DNA from: Spirochaetota bacterium
GTDB lineage: Bacteria; Spirochaetota; UBA4802; UBA5550
Length of the DNA stretch: 64,000 bases
Reading direction: 5' to 3'
NCBI GenBank assembly: GCA_963663865.1
Contig: OY760686.1
Coordinates: 1,312,001 to 1,376,000, forward strand
Part shown: positions 47,428 to 57,312 of the stretch, piece after piece
Position numbering within the stretch: position 1 is the first letter of the stretch
Layout of the letters: every line of letters begins with the position of its first letter
Program-made: the position numbers and the translations under genes
Notes under the pieces: model-generated
The model's database searches: none
The model's input: the letters and a program-made list of their open reading frames with translations, nothing else
What the model was told of the DNA's origin: nothing

Positions 47428-48054
47428 ATGGACATAGAAAAAATTAAAGAAAACACAGAGAACGAAAATCCGACTGAAGACGAAAACGGGACTTCGGGAG
47501 AAGAGGAATCAGATCGAGATGAGCTTGAGCTAAAGGGCCTGTTCGAAGCGGTTCTTTTTTTGACCAATGATCCGCTGCCCGTATCCTTTTTTGTTAAACA
47601 GTTTTCTGTTGATCCAACTCAGGCAAAAATTATTATTGATACTCTTGTTGACGAATATGAGGAACGCGATGGGGGTATCCGTATTATTGAGCTTGCAAGC
47701 GGTTTTCAGTTCGCAACGAGCGCAAGACACGCTGAACCTCTTCGCCATGCAATGGGCCTAAAAAAAAGGGACGTACTTTCGCGTGGGATGCTTGAAACCC
47801 TGGCGATAGTTGCATATAAACAACCGATCATTCTTGCCGAGATTGATGAGCTGAGAGGTGTTTCATCAAGAATGATGATAGCCAACCTGATGAAGCGTAA
47901 TCTGATAAAACCAGTTGGAAGAAAAAACGTGCCGGGGCGGCCGTTAGCCTATGGAACCACGGATGATTTTCTGAGATTTTTCGGTTTGAATAAGCTCTCA
48001 GACCTTCCCAAGCTTTCAGAGATTAAGGAGTTTTCAATCGATAATGAAGACTGA
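47428..48054 (+). CDS. scpB: segregation and condensation protein B
   Basis: EAVLF, LS..LETLAIVAYKQP, ID.LRGV, GRP..YGTT..FL..FGL..L..LP. Confidence 0.96.
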   Translation: MDIEKIKENTENENPTEDENGTSGEEESDRDELELKGLFEAVLFLTNDPLPVSFFVKQFSVDPTQAKIIIDTLVDEYEERDGGIRIIELASGFQFATSARHAEPLRHAMGLKKRDVLSRGMLETLAIVAYKQPIILAEIDELRGVSSRMMIANLMKRNLIKPVGRKNVPGRPLAYGTTDDFLRFFGLNKLSDLPKLSEIKEFSIDNED

Positions 48055-49105
48055 ATCCTCAAAAACCCTTGATTCTATTGACAGGCAGCTTGTCAAGCTT
48101 GCCGGTGAAAGAGACAGACTTCTTGCAGAAGCACTCCAGGGCAGCTCAGAAGAACAGGTCACCGAGACAGCACTTGCAGAAAAATTCTCACGGCTTTTAT
48201 TGGATTCCGGAATAAATGAACTTCCCATGCGGAGAATCTTAACCGGATTTATCCATGAATTGACAGCTTTATCTCTGAGAAGAACTAAACCGCGCAGGGT
48301 GGCGTATCTTGGCCCTGACGGCTCATTTTCAAGCATTGCTTTGAGAGAATTGTTCAGCTCGTATTCTGACATGCTTCCTGTAAGGACAATTTCCGATGTT
48401 TTCAGAGCAGTAGAGAGAGGTGAGGCGGATTATGGGGTCGTACCGGTTGAAAACAGCACAGAAGGGGCTGTAACTTATACACTCGATGAGCTTATTGAAA
48501 CATCTCTCAGCATAAATGCTGAGCATTTTACGCGTGTCACTTACTCATTGCTTTCATTAGAAGAGAATCTGAGCTCTGTTAAGACTATATACTCACATCC
48601 CCAGCCGCTTGCACAGTGTAAAGGATGGCTGCGCAGCAATTTGCCTCAATGCGCTGTTGTTTCAACTGATTCGACTACGAAAGCGGCCGAAAAAGCTGCC
48701 CAGGAAAGAGGGGCTGCCGCCGTAGCTTCAAGCCTCGCCGCTGAATTGTATTCGCTGAATGTCCTCTCAAGCGGGATAGAGGACATGAGGCAGAATTATA
48801 CCAGGTTCTTTGTAGTGGGCACCGGTGTCAGATCGGCTACCGGCAATGATAAAACGTCAATAGTCTGCGCCATTAAGGATAAGCCCGCGGCACTTCTGGG
48901 TCTGCTCAGACCTATTGCCGAAGCCGGTATCAACATGACCAAAATTGAATCGCGTCCTGATAAGAAAAAGATGTGGGAATATAACTTTTTCATTGATTTC
49001 AGGGGACATATCAGTGATCCCGTGATATCCGAGGCCATTGAATTGATAAAAAAAGAGACTATTTTTCTTAAAATTCTCGGTTCATATCCAAGTACTGCAG
49101 AATAA
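48044..49105 (+). CDS. pheA: prephenate dehydratase with degenerate N-terminal chorismate mutase-like domain
   Basis: AYLGP.GSFS, VPVENSTEG, SHPQ.L.QC, NYTRF, TKIESRP (ACT domain). Confidence 0.92.
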   Translation: MKTESSKTLDSIDRQLVKLAGERDRLLAEALQGSSEEQVTETALAEKFSRLLLDSGINELPMRRILTGFIHELTALSLRRTKPRRVAYLGPDGSFSSIALRELFSSYSDMLPVRTISDVFRAVERGEADYGVVPVENSTEGAVTYTLDELIETSLSINAEHFTRVTYSLLSLEENLSSVKTIYSHPQPLAQCKGWLRSNLPQCAVVSTDSTTKAAEKAAQERGAAAVASSLAAELYSLNVLSSGIEDMRQNYTRFFVVGTGVRSATGNDKTSIVCAIKDKPAALLGLLRPIAEAGINMTKIESRPDKKKMWEYNFFIDFRGHISDPVISEAIELIKKETIFLKILGSYPSTAE

Positions 49106-49138
49106 TTCCCGCCAGGGGTAAGAAACCGAAGCTGGAGG

Positions 49139-50020
49139 ATGGATTTGACTGAGTTTAGCAATATTGTGGTTATCGGGGTAGGGCTCCTCGGGGGCTCTTT
49201 CTGTAGAGCGGCCAGGGTTATTTATCCGAATGTAAAAATTACGGGCTGCGGGCGTAATCGGGAGAATCTGCAGCAGGCACTGGATGAGGGGGCTATAGAT
49301 TATATATCATCCCCAGGGCTGCCTGATCTTTCAGATGTGGATATTGTTTTAGTAGCTGTTCCCGTGAAAACCTCTGTGAGCATAATTCTTGAGATTCTCG
49401 ATAATCCTTCATTCAGGGACGATGCGCTTGTTATTGATGTCGGCAGCGTGAAGGGTAAACTGGTAGAGCGGATATCTGAGCACCCCCGAAGCGGCCGTTT
49501 TATTGGCTGCCATCCGATGGCCGGATCAGAAAAGACCGGTTTTGCAAGCAGCAGTTCGAATCTTTATCGAGGCTCTTCAGTGATAATAACGCCTCATGAG
49601 GCTAATTCTGAGCGGGAAGTTGAAATGATAAGTCAACTTTGGATTGCTCTGGGGGCTAAAGTTACATTGATTGATGCCAGGCTGCACGATGTTTATACTG
49701 CATATACAAGTCATTTGATGCATATTGTTTCGAGCGCGGCTGTTAATGCTGTAGAAAGTAAATGCGCTGGAATTGAAAAAGAGAAGCTTGAATTATTTAT
49801 AGGAAGCGGTTTTAAAGACATGACAAGGCTTGCTTCAGGATCTCCGGATATGTGGGCAGATATATCCGAGTATAATTGGGAGAATATTTCTGAATCAGTA
49901 GACCGGATGATAGGTGCATTGCATAATTTTAAAACGCTTATCTCTGATCTTAAAAATAACCAGAATAACGTGCATGATTTTTTTATGAGGGCGAAAAAAT
50001 ACAGGGATTGGCTTATTTAG
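49139..50020 (+). CDS. tyrA: prephenate dehydrogenase
   Basis: IGVGLLGGS, DVGSVK, HPMAGSE..G, HD..A.TSHL.H, FKDMTRLA.GSP.MW. Confidence 0.93.
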   Translation: MDLTEFSNIVVIGVGLLGGSFCRAARVIYPNVKITGCGRNRENLQQALDEGAIDYISSPGLPDLSDVDIVLVAVPVKTSVSIILEILDNPSFRDDALVIDVGSVKGKLVERISEHPRSGRFIGCHPMAGSEKTGFASSSSNLYRGSSVIITPHEANSEREVEMISQLWIALGAKVTLIDARLHDVYTAYTSHLMHIVSSAAVNAVESKCAGIEKEKLELFIGSGFKDMTRLASGSPDMWADISEYNWENISESVDRMIGALHNFKTLISDLKNNQNNVHDFFMRAKKYRDWLI

Positions 50021-50021
50021 A

Positions 50022-50693
50022 ATGGATAGAAGGATAGTTGTTGCGGTTGACGGCCCTGCGGGATCGGGGAAGAGCAGCGTTTCAAGAGAGGTTGCTTTGA
50101 AAACAGGTCTCAAGTACATTGATTCCGGAGCAATATACCGTGCAATAACTCTATATTTGATCAACAGGGACGGCGCAGTTACTTCACTTCCAGAGGAAGG
50201 CGCTGATTTTGAAAGTATTAGCATCCGGCAGGAATATACTGAGGACGGTTCTGTGAAGACTTACCTGAATTCAACCGATGTCAGTCTTGATATTAGAAGT
50301 GAGCAGATTACGGCAAATATTGGAGCTGTTTCGGATAATAGATCAGTTCGGGACTATGTAACAGGCCTTTTACGTAAATGGGCCTCGGTAGAGTCTATCA
50401 TAATGGATGGAAGGGATATCGGGACTGTTGTTTTCCCTGAAGCTGATTTGAAAATATATCTGGATGCGTCTGTTGAAGAAAGGGCAAGAAGACGCCTTTT
50501 GGAATATGAGCAAATGGGAAAAAACCTTGACGAAAATGATATCAAAAACCAGATTAAACTGCGCGACAGCCAGGATAAGAGCAGAGCTTACGGGGCGCTT
50601 GTGAGGGCTGCTGATTCCGTGTATTTGGACACCTCAGATATGACCAGAGACGAGGTTGTTAATTCAATAGTCGCGAAGGTGTTGGGACTGTGA
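50022..50693 (+). CDS. cmk: cytidylate kinase
   Basis: DGPAGSGKS, DSGAIYRA, MDGRDIGTVVFP.A.LKIYL.AS. Confidence 0.97.
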   Translation: MDRRIVVAVDGPAGSGKSSVSREVALKTGLKYIDSGAIYRAITLYLINRDGAVTSLPEEGADFESISIRQEYTEDGSVKTYLNSTDVSLDIRSEQITANIGAVSDNRSVRDYVTGLLRKWASVESIIMDGRDIGTVVFPEADLKIYLDASVEERARRRLLEYEQMGKNLDENDIKNQIKLRDSQDKSRAYGALVRAADSVYLDTSDMTRDEVVNSIVAKVLGL

Positions 50694-50757
50694 TGTCTCA
50701 TGGCTGCCGGCGGTTATTGTACCTCCGGCAAGTGAATAACAATAAGGGTAACTGATT

Positions 50758-52425
50758 ATGGATCAGATCAAAGAAGAGTATGGCGAATCAATTGACATGG
50801 AACATGTCGCTGATTCGGCGTTGGATGAGATTGAGCCGGGCAGCATAATCACCGGCGAAGTAGTTTCTGTAAATGGTGAGTATGTTTATGTCAGTATTGG
50901 AGCAAAGTCGGACGGAAGGGTGTCGCTTGATGAATTCAAGAACCAGCCTTCTGTCGGTGAAAAGCTCGAAGTCAAACTTCAGGGCACAAGGCTTGTGGAT
51001 GGGGTTTTTCAGCTTTCTGTTAAAGCTGCTGCTCAGGAAAAGCAGTGGAAGACTTTTATGGAAAAGCATCCAGACGGCACCGGTACAATCGAAGGTAGAG
51101 TCGTTTCAGCAATAAACAAGGGTAAACTTGTTGATTGTAATGGCTTTACAGCTTTTCTTCCTTTTTCGTTAAGCGCTGATCTCAAGGGTGTTTCTTCTAC
51201 AGATCATGAATACAGTTTCGTAATTAGAAGTATTGATAAAAGAAAAAAATCTGTCCTGATTTCACGGGTAGAAATAGTCGAAGAAGAAATGTCTCAGAAA
51301 TGGGCTTCCTTTGTGGAAAAATATTCTGAAGGCAGCAGAGTTCAGGGTCAGGTAATGAAGTTTGTAGAGTTTGGAGCGTTTGTCAGAGTCGACGGTATTG
51401 ACGCCCTTCTACATCGGAATGATATGTCCTGGAAGAATGTGTTCAACCAGAGAAAGATATTAAAACTCAACGAAACACGTGAATTTGTTATTCTGTCGAT
51501 AAATAACGAAACAAAAAAAGTATCAATCGGTTTGAAACAGCTCACATCAGACCCATGGGAAAATATTGAGTCCAGACTGAGCCAGGGCTCAAGAGTTAAA
51601 GGCACTGTTGTAAATATTATCAATTCCGGAGCTTTTGTGGAACTCGATGAAGAGGTGGAGGGCTTTGTTCCTAATACCGAGTTGTCATGGACCAAGACAA
51701 GTGTTCCTGCAAAGGATGTTTTCCAGAAGTCTCAGGAAGTTGAGCTGGTGGTATTATCCATAAACAAAGATGAGAAGCGCCTGCAGCTTGGTTATAGACA
51801 AACGCTCGATAATCCCTGGGAAACAATTGATCAGAGGTTACCGGTCGGTTCAGTACACAAAAAGGAAATCAGAAAGGTTGTAAGCTTCGGCCTCTTTGTA
51901 GAACTTGAGCCTGGGATTGACGGACTTGTTCATGTGTCCGATATAACATGGGAAGATGGACGTAAGAATCCCGAAGAAATGTTCAAGGCTGGCGAAGAGG
52001 TCGAGTTTAAAGTGCTTGAAATTCGAAAGAACGAGATGAAGATATCGTGCGGAATAAAGCAGCTCGAGAAGTCGCCATGGCAGGCAGTGGCAGAGAAGTA
52101 CAAGCCCAGAACTAAAGTTTCTGGTACTGTCTCAGGGATTACGAAGTTCGGTATCTTTGTTAAGCTGGAAGAGAAATTGGAAGGAATGGTACATATTTCA
52201 GAGGCCTCTAAAAGCAGGGTAGAGGATCTTTCAGAGATTTTCAAGGAAGGTGATGCCGTTGAAGCTGTTGTTATAGGCGTTGATATTAAGAAGAAAAAAA
52301 TATCATTGAGCATAAAACAGCTTGATATCCAGTCAGAAAAAGAAGAGATCAATAAACTACTAAACGAGACCAAACCTGGCGCTTTTACAATTGGCGATAT
52401 GGTAAATCTTAAACTCGGAGAATAG
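50758..52425 (+). CDS. rpsA: 30S ribosomal protein S1
   Basis: repeated S1 domains (FGAFV..G.D.L.H...SW, SL..KQL..PW); after cmk. Confidence 0.93.
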   Translation: MDQIKEEYGESIDMEHVADSALDEIEPGSIITGEVVSVNGEYVYVSIGAKSDGRVSLDEFKNQPSVGEKLEVKLQGTRLVDGVFQLSVKAAAQEKQWKTFMEKHPDGTGTIEGRVVSAINKGKLVDCNGFTAFLPFSLSADLKGVSSTDHEYSFVIRSIDKRKKSVLISRVEIVEEEMSQKWASFVEKYSEGSRVQGQVMKFVEFGAFVRVDGIDALLHRNDMSWKNVFNQRKILKLNETREFVILSINNETKKVSIGLKQLTSDPWENIESRLSQGSRVKGTVVNIINSGAFVELDEEVEGFVPNTELSWTKTSVPAKDVFQKSQEVELVVLSINKDEKRLQLGYRQTLDNPWETIDQRLPVGSVHKKEIRKVVSFGLFVELEPGIDGLVHVSDITWEDGRKNPEEMFKAGEEVEFKVLEIRKNEMKISCGIKQLEKSPWQAVAEKYKPRTKVSGTVSGITKFGIFVKLEEKLEGMVHISEASKSRVEDLSEIFKEGDAVEAVVIGVDIKKKKISLSIKQLDIQSEKEEINKLLNETKPGAFTIGDMVNLKLGE

Positions 52426-52432
52426 CCCAGAC

Positions 52433-53140
52433 ATGACCAAGCAAAGAATTAAACACACTCAGTCCATTGATATAAAACGAAATCCGGTGGAACGGATACT
52501 TATGACTGTAAAAGACTTAATTGCTGCCAACAGGAAGAAAGTTCTTCTGGGTTTTGCAGGTTTAATGGTAGCTGCTGTTGTATTGATCGTAATTTCGTTT
52601 TTCGTGTCGAATTATTCCATAACTCAGACGGAGAAGTACGAAACCGTCATTGAAAAATACGCTAAAATTGATTCCAGTGACGTTGATTCGCTGAAGAAGT
52701 CAGCTGATGAACTCATTAATCTTGCAGACAATACAGCTTTTGGATTTGCATCTGAAATGCCTTACTATGTTGCAGGTAATATATACTTCAATATTGGGAA
52801 ATTCAGCGAGGCTGAGGATTTGCTGATGAAGTATGTTAAGAGTTCTTCTTCGGACATTTTTGTGCCTCTTGCGATTCTTAAGGCAGCAATAGCAGCGGAG
52901 GAGCAAGGCCAGATTGACAGGGCTCTTGACTATTGCAAAAAACTTGAGAAGCAGTACAGTGATGCGCCGATTCAGGATCAGGTTCTTTACAGCTCAGGAA
53001 GGCTTTATTCTTTGAAGGGCGACAGCAAGATGGCAAAAAAATACTATGATGATCTGATTCAGCTTTATCCACGTTCCAGAATGGCGGAGAGGGCTAAAAA
53101 GAGAGCTTTTTTTATCACTGATGCCGATTCGAACAAATGA
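52433..53140 (+). CDS. membrane-anchored TPR protein (YfgM-like)
   Basis: one TM helix, then TPR-like repeats ending LI..YP.S..A..A. Confidence 0.75.
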   Translation: MTKQRIKHTQSIDIKRNPVERILMTVKDLIAANRKKVLLGFAGLMVAAVVLIVISFFVSNYSITQTEKYETVIEKYAKIDSSDVDSLKKSADELINLADNTAFGFASEMPYYVAGNIYFNIGKFSEAEDLLMKYVKSSSSDIFVPLAILKAAIAAEEQGQIDRALDYCKKLEKQYSDAPIQDQVLYSSGRLYSLKGDSKMAKKYYDDLIQLYPRSRMAERAKKRAFFITDADSNK

Positions 53141-53273
53141 AAGCTTTAATGAGCGTATATTTTTGTTAATAATGCTTGACACATTTGCGGCTAAAAGCGG
53201 TAATTTAAAGAGTCTGGTTTTCTAAATCGGGAAGATATTTGAGAATATAAAATAAAACTGATGGAGTAATGTT

Positions 53274-53465
53274 GTGGCAGTTCCAAAGAGACGGAAATCA
53301 AAATCAAAATCCAGAATGAGAAGGTCCCACGATGCTATTGGGGTTCCATCGCTCAGACCCTGCCCTAAGTGTGGTGTATATACTCTTCCTCACAGGGTTT
53401 GTCAAGAGTGCGGATACTACAAAGGTATTTTAGTGGTTGAGAAAAAAGTCAAAATAGCTGAGTAG
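53274..53465 (+). CDS. rpmF: 50S ribosomal protein L32 (zinc-binding type)
   Basis: [32 protein letters not shown]. Confidence 0.97.
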   Translation: MAVPKRRKSKSKSRMRRSHDAIGVPSLRPCPKCGVYTLPHRVCQECGYYKGILVVEKKVKIAE

Positions 53466-53493
53466 TTTGACTATTAACCTGGTTGCATATTAC

Positions 53494-53520
53494 AGGGATG
53501 CCTTTGAGGCATCCCTTTTT
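53494..53520 (+). terminator. intrinsic terminator after rpmF
   Basis: AGGGATGCCT-TTG-AGGCATCCCT followed by T-tract. Confidence 0.85.
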
Positions 53521-53600
53521 GCATTTAGCTTGACATAACATAGTTCATTATTATTTAATTATATGCTATAAAGCCAAAATAACTAATACCTGAGAATAAA

Positions 53601-53834
53601 ATGGAATACACTTTAAACAGAGTTCGCTCGATTATCTCGGATCAGCTTGGCATTCCATATGAAAGTCTCACTTCAGAGATTCTTCTTGAAGGTGAAGCAG
53701 GTATTGATTCAATTGATATGGTAGAGCTCTTAATGGCAATTGAGACCGAGTTTGATATCGACTTATGCGGGACAGATATCTCCAGGTATAAAACAATAGC
53801 TGATATTGTGGAATGGGTGAAGGCACAGAAGTAG
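53601..53834 (+). CDS. acpP: acyl carrier protein (divergent)
   Basis: GIDSIDMVELLMAIETEFDI phosphopantetheine motif; directly before rnc. Confidence 0.85.
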   Translation: MEYTLNRVRSIISDQLGIPYESLTSEILLEGEAGIDSIDMVELLMAIETEFDIDLCGTDISRYKTIADIVEWVKAQK

Positions 53835-53895
53835 AAGCGATATGATGAAAAAATAGCGTTATTCGGCTAAACAAATAATATTAAGAAAATGAATT

Positions 53896-54651
53896 ATGCA
53901 AGAGAACATAAATAAAGACAGCAGCGGCAAAAAACGCAGAAAAAACCGACAAAGACAGCTCGAAAAGTTGCAAACCATTCTCAGAGTCAAATTCAAGAAC
54001 AACTCAATTTTAAACCGTGCGCTGGTACACCGCTCCTTTGTTAACGAGTCCGGCTTTGATGTTCATGATAATGAGAGGCTTGAATATCTGGGGGATTCAG
54101 TTCTGGGCCTCATAGTAAATGAATATCTTTTTAAGCATTTCGAGATGTACCATGAGGGCGATTTAGCCAAAATAAAGTCTGTCGTAGTATCAGAAGATAT
54201 TCTTTGCAGGATATCAACAAAACTCAATATTGGCGGATTTCTCCTGATGGGTAAAGGCGAGGAGAACAGCGGTGGAAGAGAGAGGCCTTCTATTCTTGCG
54301 GACACTCTCGAGGCAATAATCGGAGCGATGTATCTTGACCTTGGTCTTAAGGAAACAAGGAAATTTGTTTTAGGACAGATCAAGGAACATATTGACAGGG
54401 TCGATTCGCTTACATATTTGAGGGATCCAAAAACAGCACTACAGGAATATGTGCAAAAAAAATACAAGAACAGGCCGGCTTACATCGTAGTTGAAGAAAA
54501 CGGACCGGACCACAATAAAGAGTTCAAGGTAAATCTCGAGATAAACGGACATATTGTTGCTTCGGGGATGGGTCCCAGTAAGAGAAAAGCTGAAATGAAT
54601 GCCGCTAAACTTGCGTTAAAGGAAATTGATAGAGGAGGGGAGCGCCTATGA
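53896..54651 (+). CDS. rnc: ribonuclease III
   Basis: NERLEYLGDSVL, LADTLEAIIGA, DPKT.LQE dsRBD. Confidence 0.97.
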   Translation: MQENINKDSSGKKRRKNRQRQLEKLQTILRVKFKNNSILNRALVHRSFVNESGFDVHDNERLEYLGDSVLGLIVNEYLFKHFEMYHEGDLAKIKSVVVSEDILCRISTKLNIGGFLLMGKGEENSGGRERPSILADTLEAIIGAMYLDLGLKETRKFVLGQIKEHIDRVDSLTYLRDPKTALQEYVQKKYKNRPAYIVVEENGPDHNKEFKVNLEINGHIVASGMGPSKRKAEMNAAKLALKEIDRGGERL

Positions 54652-55100
54652 GCGAGGATAGGTGCCAGCCTCGAGTCAGGGTTGCCGGGATAATCATTAA
54701 GGATGGAGCCGTTCTTATGATAGCTCACAAGAAGGGAGATGCGAGATATTGGCTTCTGCCTGGGGGTGGAGTCGCGTGTATGGAAACCCTTGATGAGGCG
54801 CTCAGGCGGGAATTCATAGAAGAGCTTAGTATTGAAGTTGAAGTCGGGGATGTGGCTTTAATAGCTGATTCTATAGATACTGAAACAGACAGGCACATCA
54901 TTAATATCTGCTTTATGTGCAGACATTTATCAGGGGAGCACAGGCTGGGGACTGAAGAGATTCTGGATAGTTACGGCTATTTTAAACCGGAAGATCTGGC
55001 GGATATGACAGTTTATCCTCCGATTAACAGCGAATTAAAAAGCATTGTGCAGGGCATGATGAAGAGTATATATTTAGGTAGATTATGGCTAAAAAAATAG
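54648..55100 (+). CDS. Nudix hydrolase
   Basis: LPGGGV...ET.DEAL.REF.EE Nudix box. Confidence 0.9.
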   Translation: MSEDRCQPRVRVAGIIIKDGAVLMIAHKKGDARYWLLPGGGVACMETLDEALRREFIEELSIEVEVGDVALIADSIDTETDRHIINICFMCRHLSGEHRLGTEEILDSYGYFKPEDLADMTVYPPINSELKSIVQGMMKSIYLGRLWLKK

Positions 55101-56170
55101 ACCGGATTGAGGCTATATGTCCATCCAGCAGCTACGATATTTTAATAGGTAATGGAATACTAAATCAGGTACTTTCTGAATACAAACCCTTCAAAAAAAA
55201 CGATATATTATGCATGATCGTAAGTAAAAAGGTTTATTCCCTTCATAATCAAACAATTGATATACTCCGGAAAGAATTAGATGTCAGGGCATTTCTTGAA
55301 TTTGAGGATTCAGAAGAATCCAAATCTTTTATTGAAGCGGAATCCTTTCTAAAAAGGATGGTTGAATCCGGGCTTACAAGAAAATCGGTCGTTCTGGGTA
55401 TCGGCGGTGGTGTTACAGGAGATTTCTCATCCTTTTGCGCATCAATTTACATGAGGGGGATTCCCTTTATTAATATTCCAACAACACTTCTTGCCATGGT
55501 CGATTCGAGCATTGGTGGAAAAACAGCCGTAAACCTTGGAATGGGTAAAAACATAGTGGGCACTTTTTTTCAGCCTCAATTTGTTGTGGCCGACACAGCC
55601 TTTATTAAAACGCTTCCTGAAAATGAAATTCACAATGGTCTTGCAGAAATCATAAAGCATGGTCTTCTTGGAGAATCGGAAACGCTTGAAATACTCGGGA
55701 AAAATGAGTTTTCGACTCTTGACGAAGATGACTTTCAAAGACTAATTTTTCTCTCGGCTCTTTTCAAATCATCTGTCGTGGAAAGAGATGAGAAAGAATC
55801 CGGGCTGCGAGCTATTTTAAACCTGGGTCATACCGTGGGGCATTCTCTTGAATCAATAATGCAGTACCGGGGAATTTCACATGGTGAAGCTGTTGCTCTC
55901 GGAATTGAAGTTGAGGCTGAGATCTCCCTGAGGCTTCAAATGATAAGCCCGCAGGAGAAAGAGAAAATTTCGTCGTTGCTGAAACGATACGGCATGATGA
56001 GTAAGCTTCAAGGAATAAAAAAAGAGGAAGTTGTTGCTCATATGTCGTATGATAAAAAAAACAGCTCAGGGAAAATGAATTTTGTGCTTCTGGAAGGCAT
56101 AGGAAAACCAGTGTACAACATTCAGGTACCTGAGAAGTGTATTCATGATTCATTAGATTCTATACTCTGA
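55085..56170 (+). CDS. aroB: 3-dehydroquinate synthase
   Basis: GGGV.GD, MRGI.F..PTTLLAMVDSSIGGKT, DEKE.G.R.ILNLGHT.GH, HGEAVA. Confidence 0.96.
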   Translation: MAKKIDRIEAICPSSSYDILIGNGILNQVLSEYKPFKKNDILCMIVSKKVYSLHNQTIDILRKELDVRAFLEFEDSEESKSFIEAESFLKRMVESGLTRKSVVLGIGGGVTGDFSSFCASIYMRGIPFINIPTTLLAMVDSSIGGKTAVNLGMGKNIVGTFFQPQFVVADTAFIKTLPENEIHNGLAEIIKHGLLGESETLEILGKNEFSTLDEDDFQRLIFLSALFKSSVVERDEKESGLRAILNLGHTVGHSLESIMQYRGISHGEAVALGIEVEAEISLRLQMISPQEKEKISSLLKRYGMMSKLQGIKKEEVVAHMSYDKKNSSGKMNFVLLEGIGKPVYNIQVPEKCIHDSLDSIL

Positions 56171-56177
56171 TTGACGC

Positions 56178-56546
56178 TTGTATCTGGAGGCACACTTGGC
56201 AGACGGTCTGAGATATTCAGTACATGATTATGAAGGGATAAAAGTCCTGGATGTTATTGGCAGTGTTAACGCTGTCACTGCGCATCAGATTGTTTCCGTC
56301 ATAGACAGGATAACTGAGAAGGAAAGCATGATTTTGAATATGCAGAATGTCCATCTGGTTACCTCCGCCGGAATTGATGCTGTAGTTGATGTATCTGTCA
56401 GAGCGAAAGCAAAAGAAAAAAGGGTTGTTCTTCTCTGGGCTGATTCAGCGGTTAAGAAGATGGCTGAAACCTTTGATTATTATTCACTGCTGGTATTTGC
56501 CGAAAGCCTTGAAGAAGGGGCGATGAAAATTGAATACTATACCTAA
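56178..56546 (+). CDS. STAS-domain protein (anti-sigma antagonist-like)
   Basis: ILNMQNV.LVTSAGI resembles the STAS phosphorylation loop; start uncertain (TTG). Confidence 0.7.
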   Translation: MYLEAHLADGLRYSVHDYEGIKVLDVIGSVNAVTAHQIVSVIDRITEKESMILNMQNVHLVTSAGIDAVVDVSVRAKAKEKRVVLLWADSAVKKMAETFDYYSLLVFAESLEEGAMKIEYYT

Positions 56547-56550
56547 ATCC

Positions 56551-57312
56551 TCAGTTTCTGGGGAAGAGGTGAACCTGAGGCCTTCCGCTGTATATGTTGC
56601 GTGAAATAAGGACTTCGACGCCGAAATACTTCCGGATTATATCTGCGGTTATGTCGTTTGGATCAATATGTTCACTGATTGTCCCATTGTTCATGAAATA
56701 AACAGAATCTGCAGTATGAAACAAATATGTCAGGTCATGGTCGGACAAAACGACTGATCTCTTGCCAGTGGCAGTGTAGCGTTTTATCTCTCTTTGCAGG
56801 CATTGAACACCATTAAGGTCAAGTGATGTAAATGCGTTGTCTAACAACATGAGCTCTGCTTCCCTGACAAACGTGAAAATAATTTTAGCAAGCTTCATCT
56901 GGGAGTCCGTTAAAACTGAAAGCTTTCTGTTTAAAAGATGGGTCATATTGAATCTGTCAGAATATGAAATGACAGTTTCCTTTGACTCTTTTGAATGCGG
57001 GCTGAAAAGCTTTTTCTTGAAGTTAAGCGATGAAAGAAGATATTGCCAGAGGGTGTCATTTGTGTTATAAGGATTTGATTGAGATAATGTTGAGGCAATC
57101 AAATCCCTGTTAATACTATTTGACGAGACTCGCTTCCAGAACGGAAGATTTTGTTCTGCTGAAAGCTTGCCGTAAATACAGCTGAGAAGCAGCGACTTAC
57201 ACGACTCCGGCGGGCCGGCTATACCGATGATTTCTCCGTCATTTATTGAAATATTAATATTTTTTATCAGAGATTTTTTTGCCGGGTATGATTCGATGTT
57301 TACCTTTATCAT
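56551..57312 (-). CDS. degenerate ABC-type ATPase (FecE/BtuD-like outline)
   Basis: I..GEIIGIAGP...KS.LL, LLD..F..LD, V.S.HDL, IT...IRKYFGV; catalytic motifs altered. Confidence 0.75.
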   Translation of the reverse strand: MIKVNIESYPAKKSLIKNINISINDGEIIGIAGPPESCKSLLLSCIYGKLSAEQNLPFWKRVSSNSINRDLIASTLSQSNPYNTNDTLWQYLLSSLNFKKKLFSPHSKESKETVISYSDRFNMTHLLNRKLSVLTDSQMKLAKIIFTFVREAELMLLDNAFTSLDLNGVQCLQREIKRYTATGKRSVVLSDHDLTYLFHTADSVYFMNNGTISEHIDPNDITADIIRKYFGVEVLISRNIYSGRPQVHLFPRN

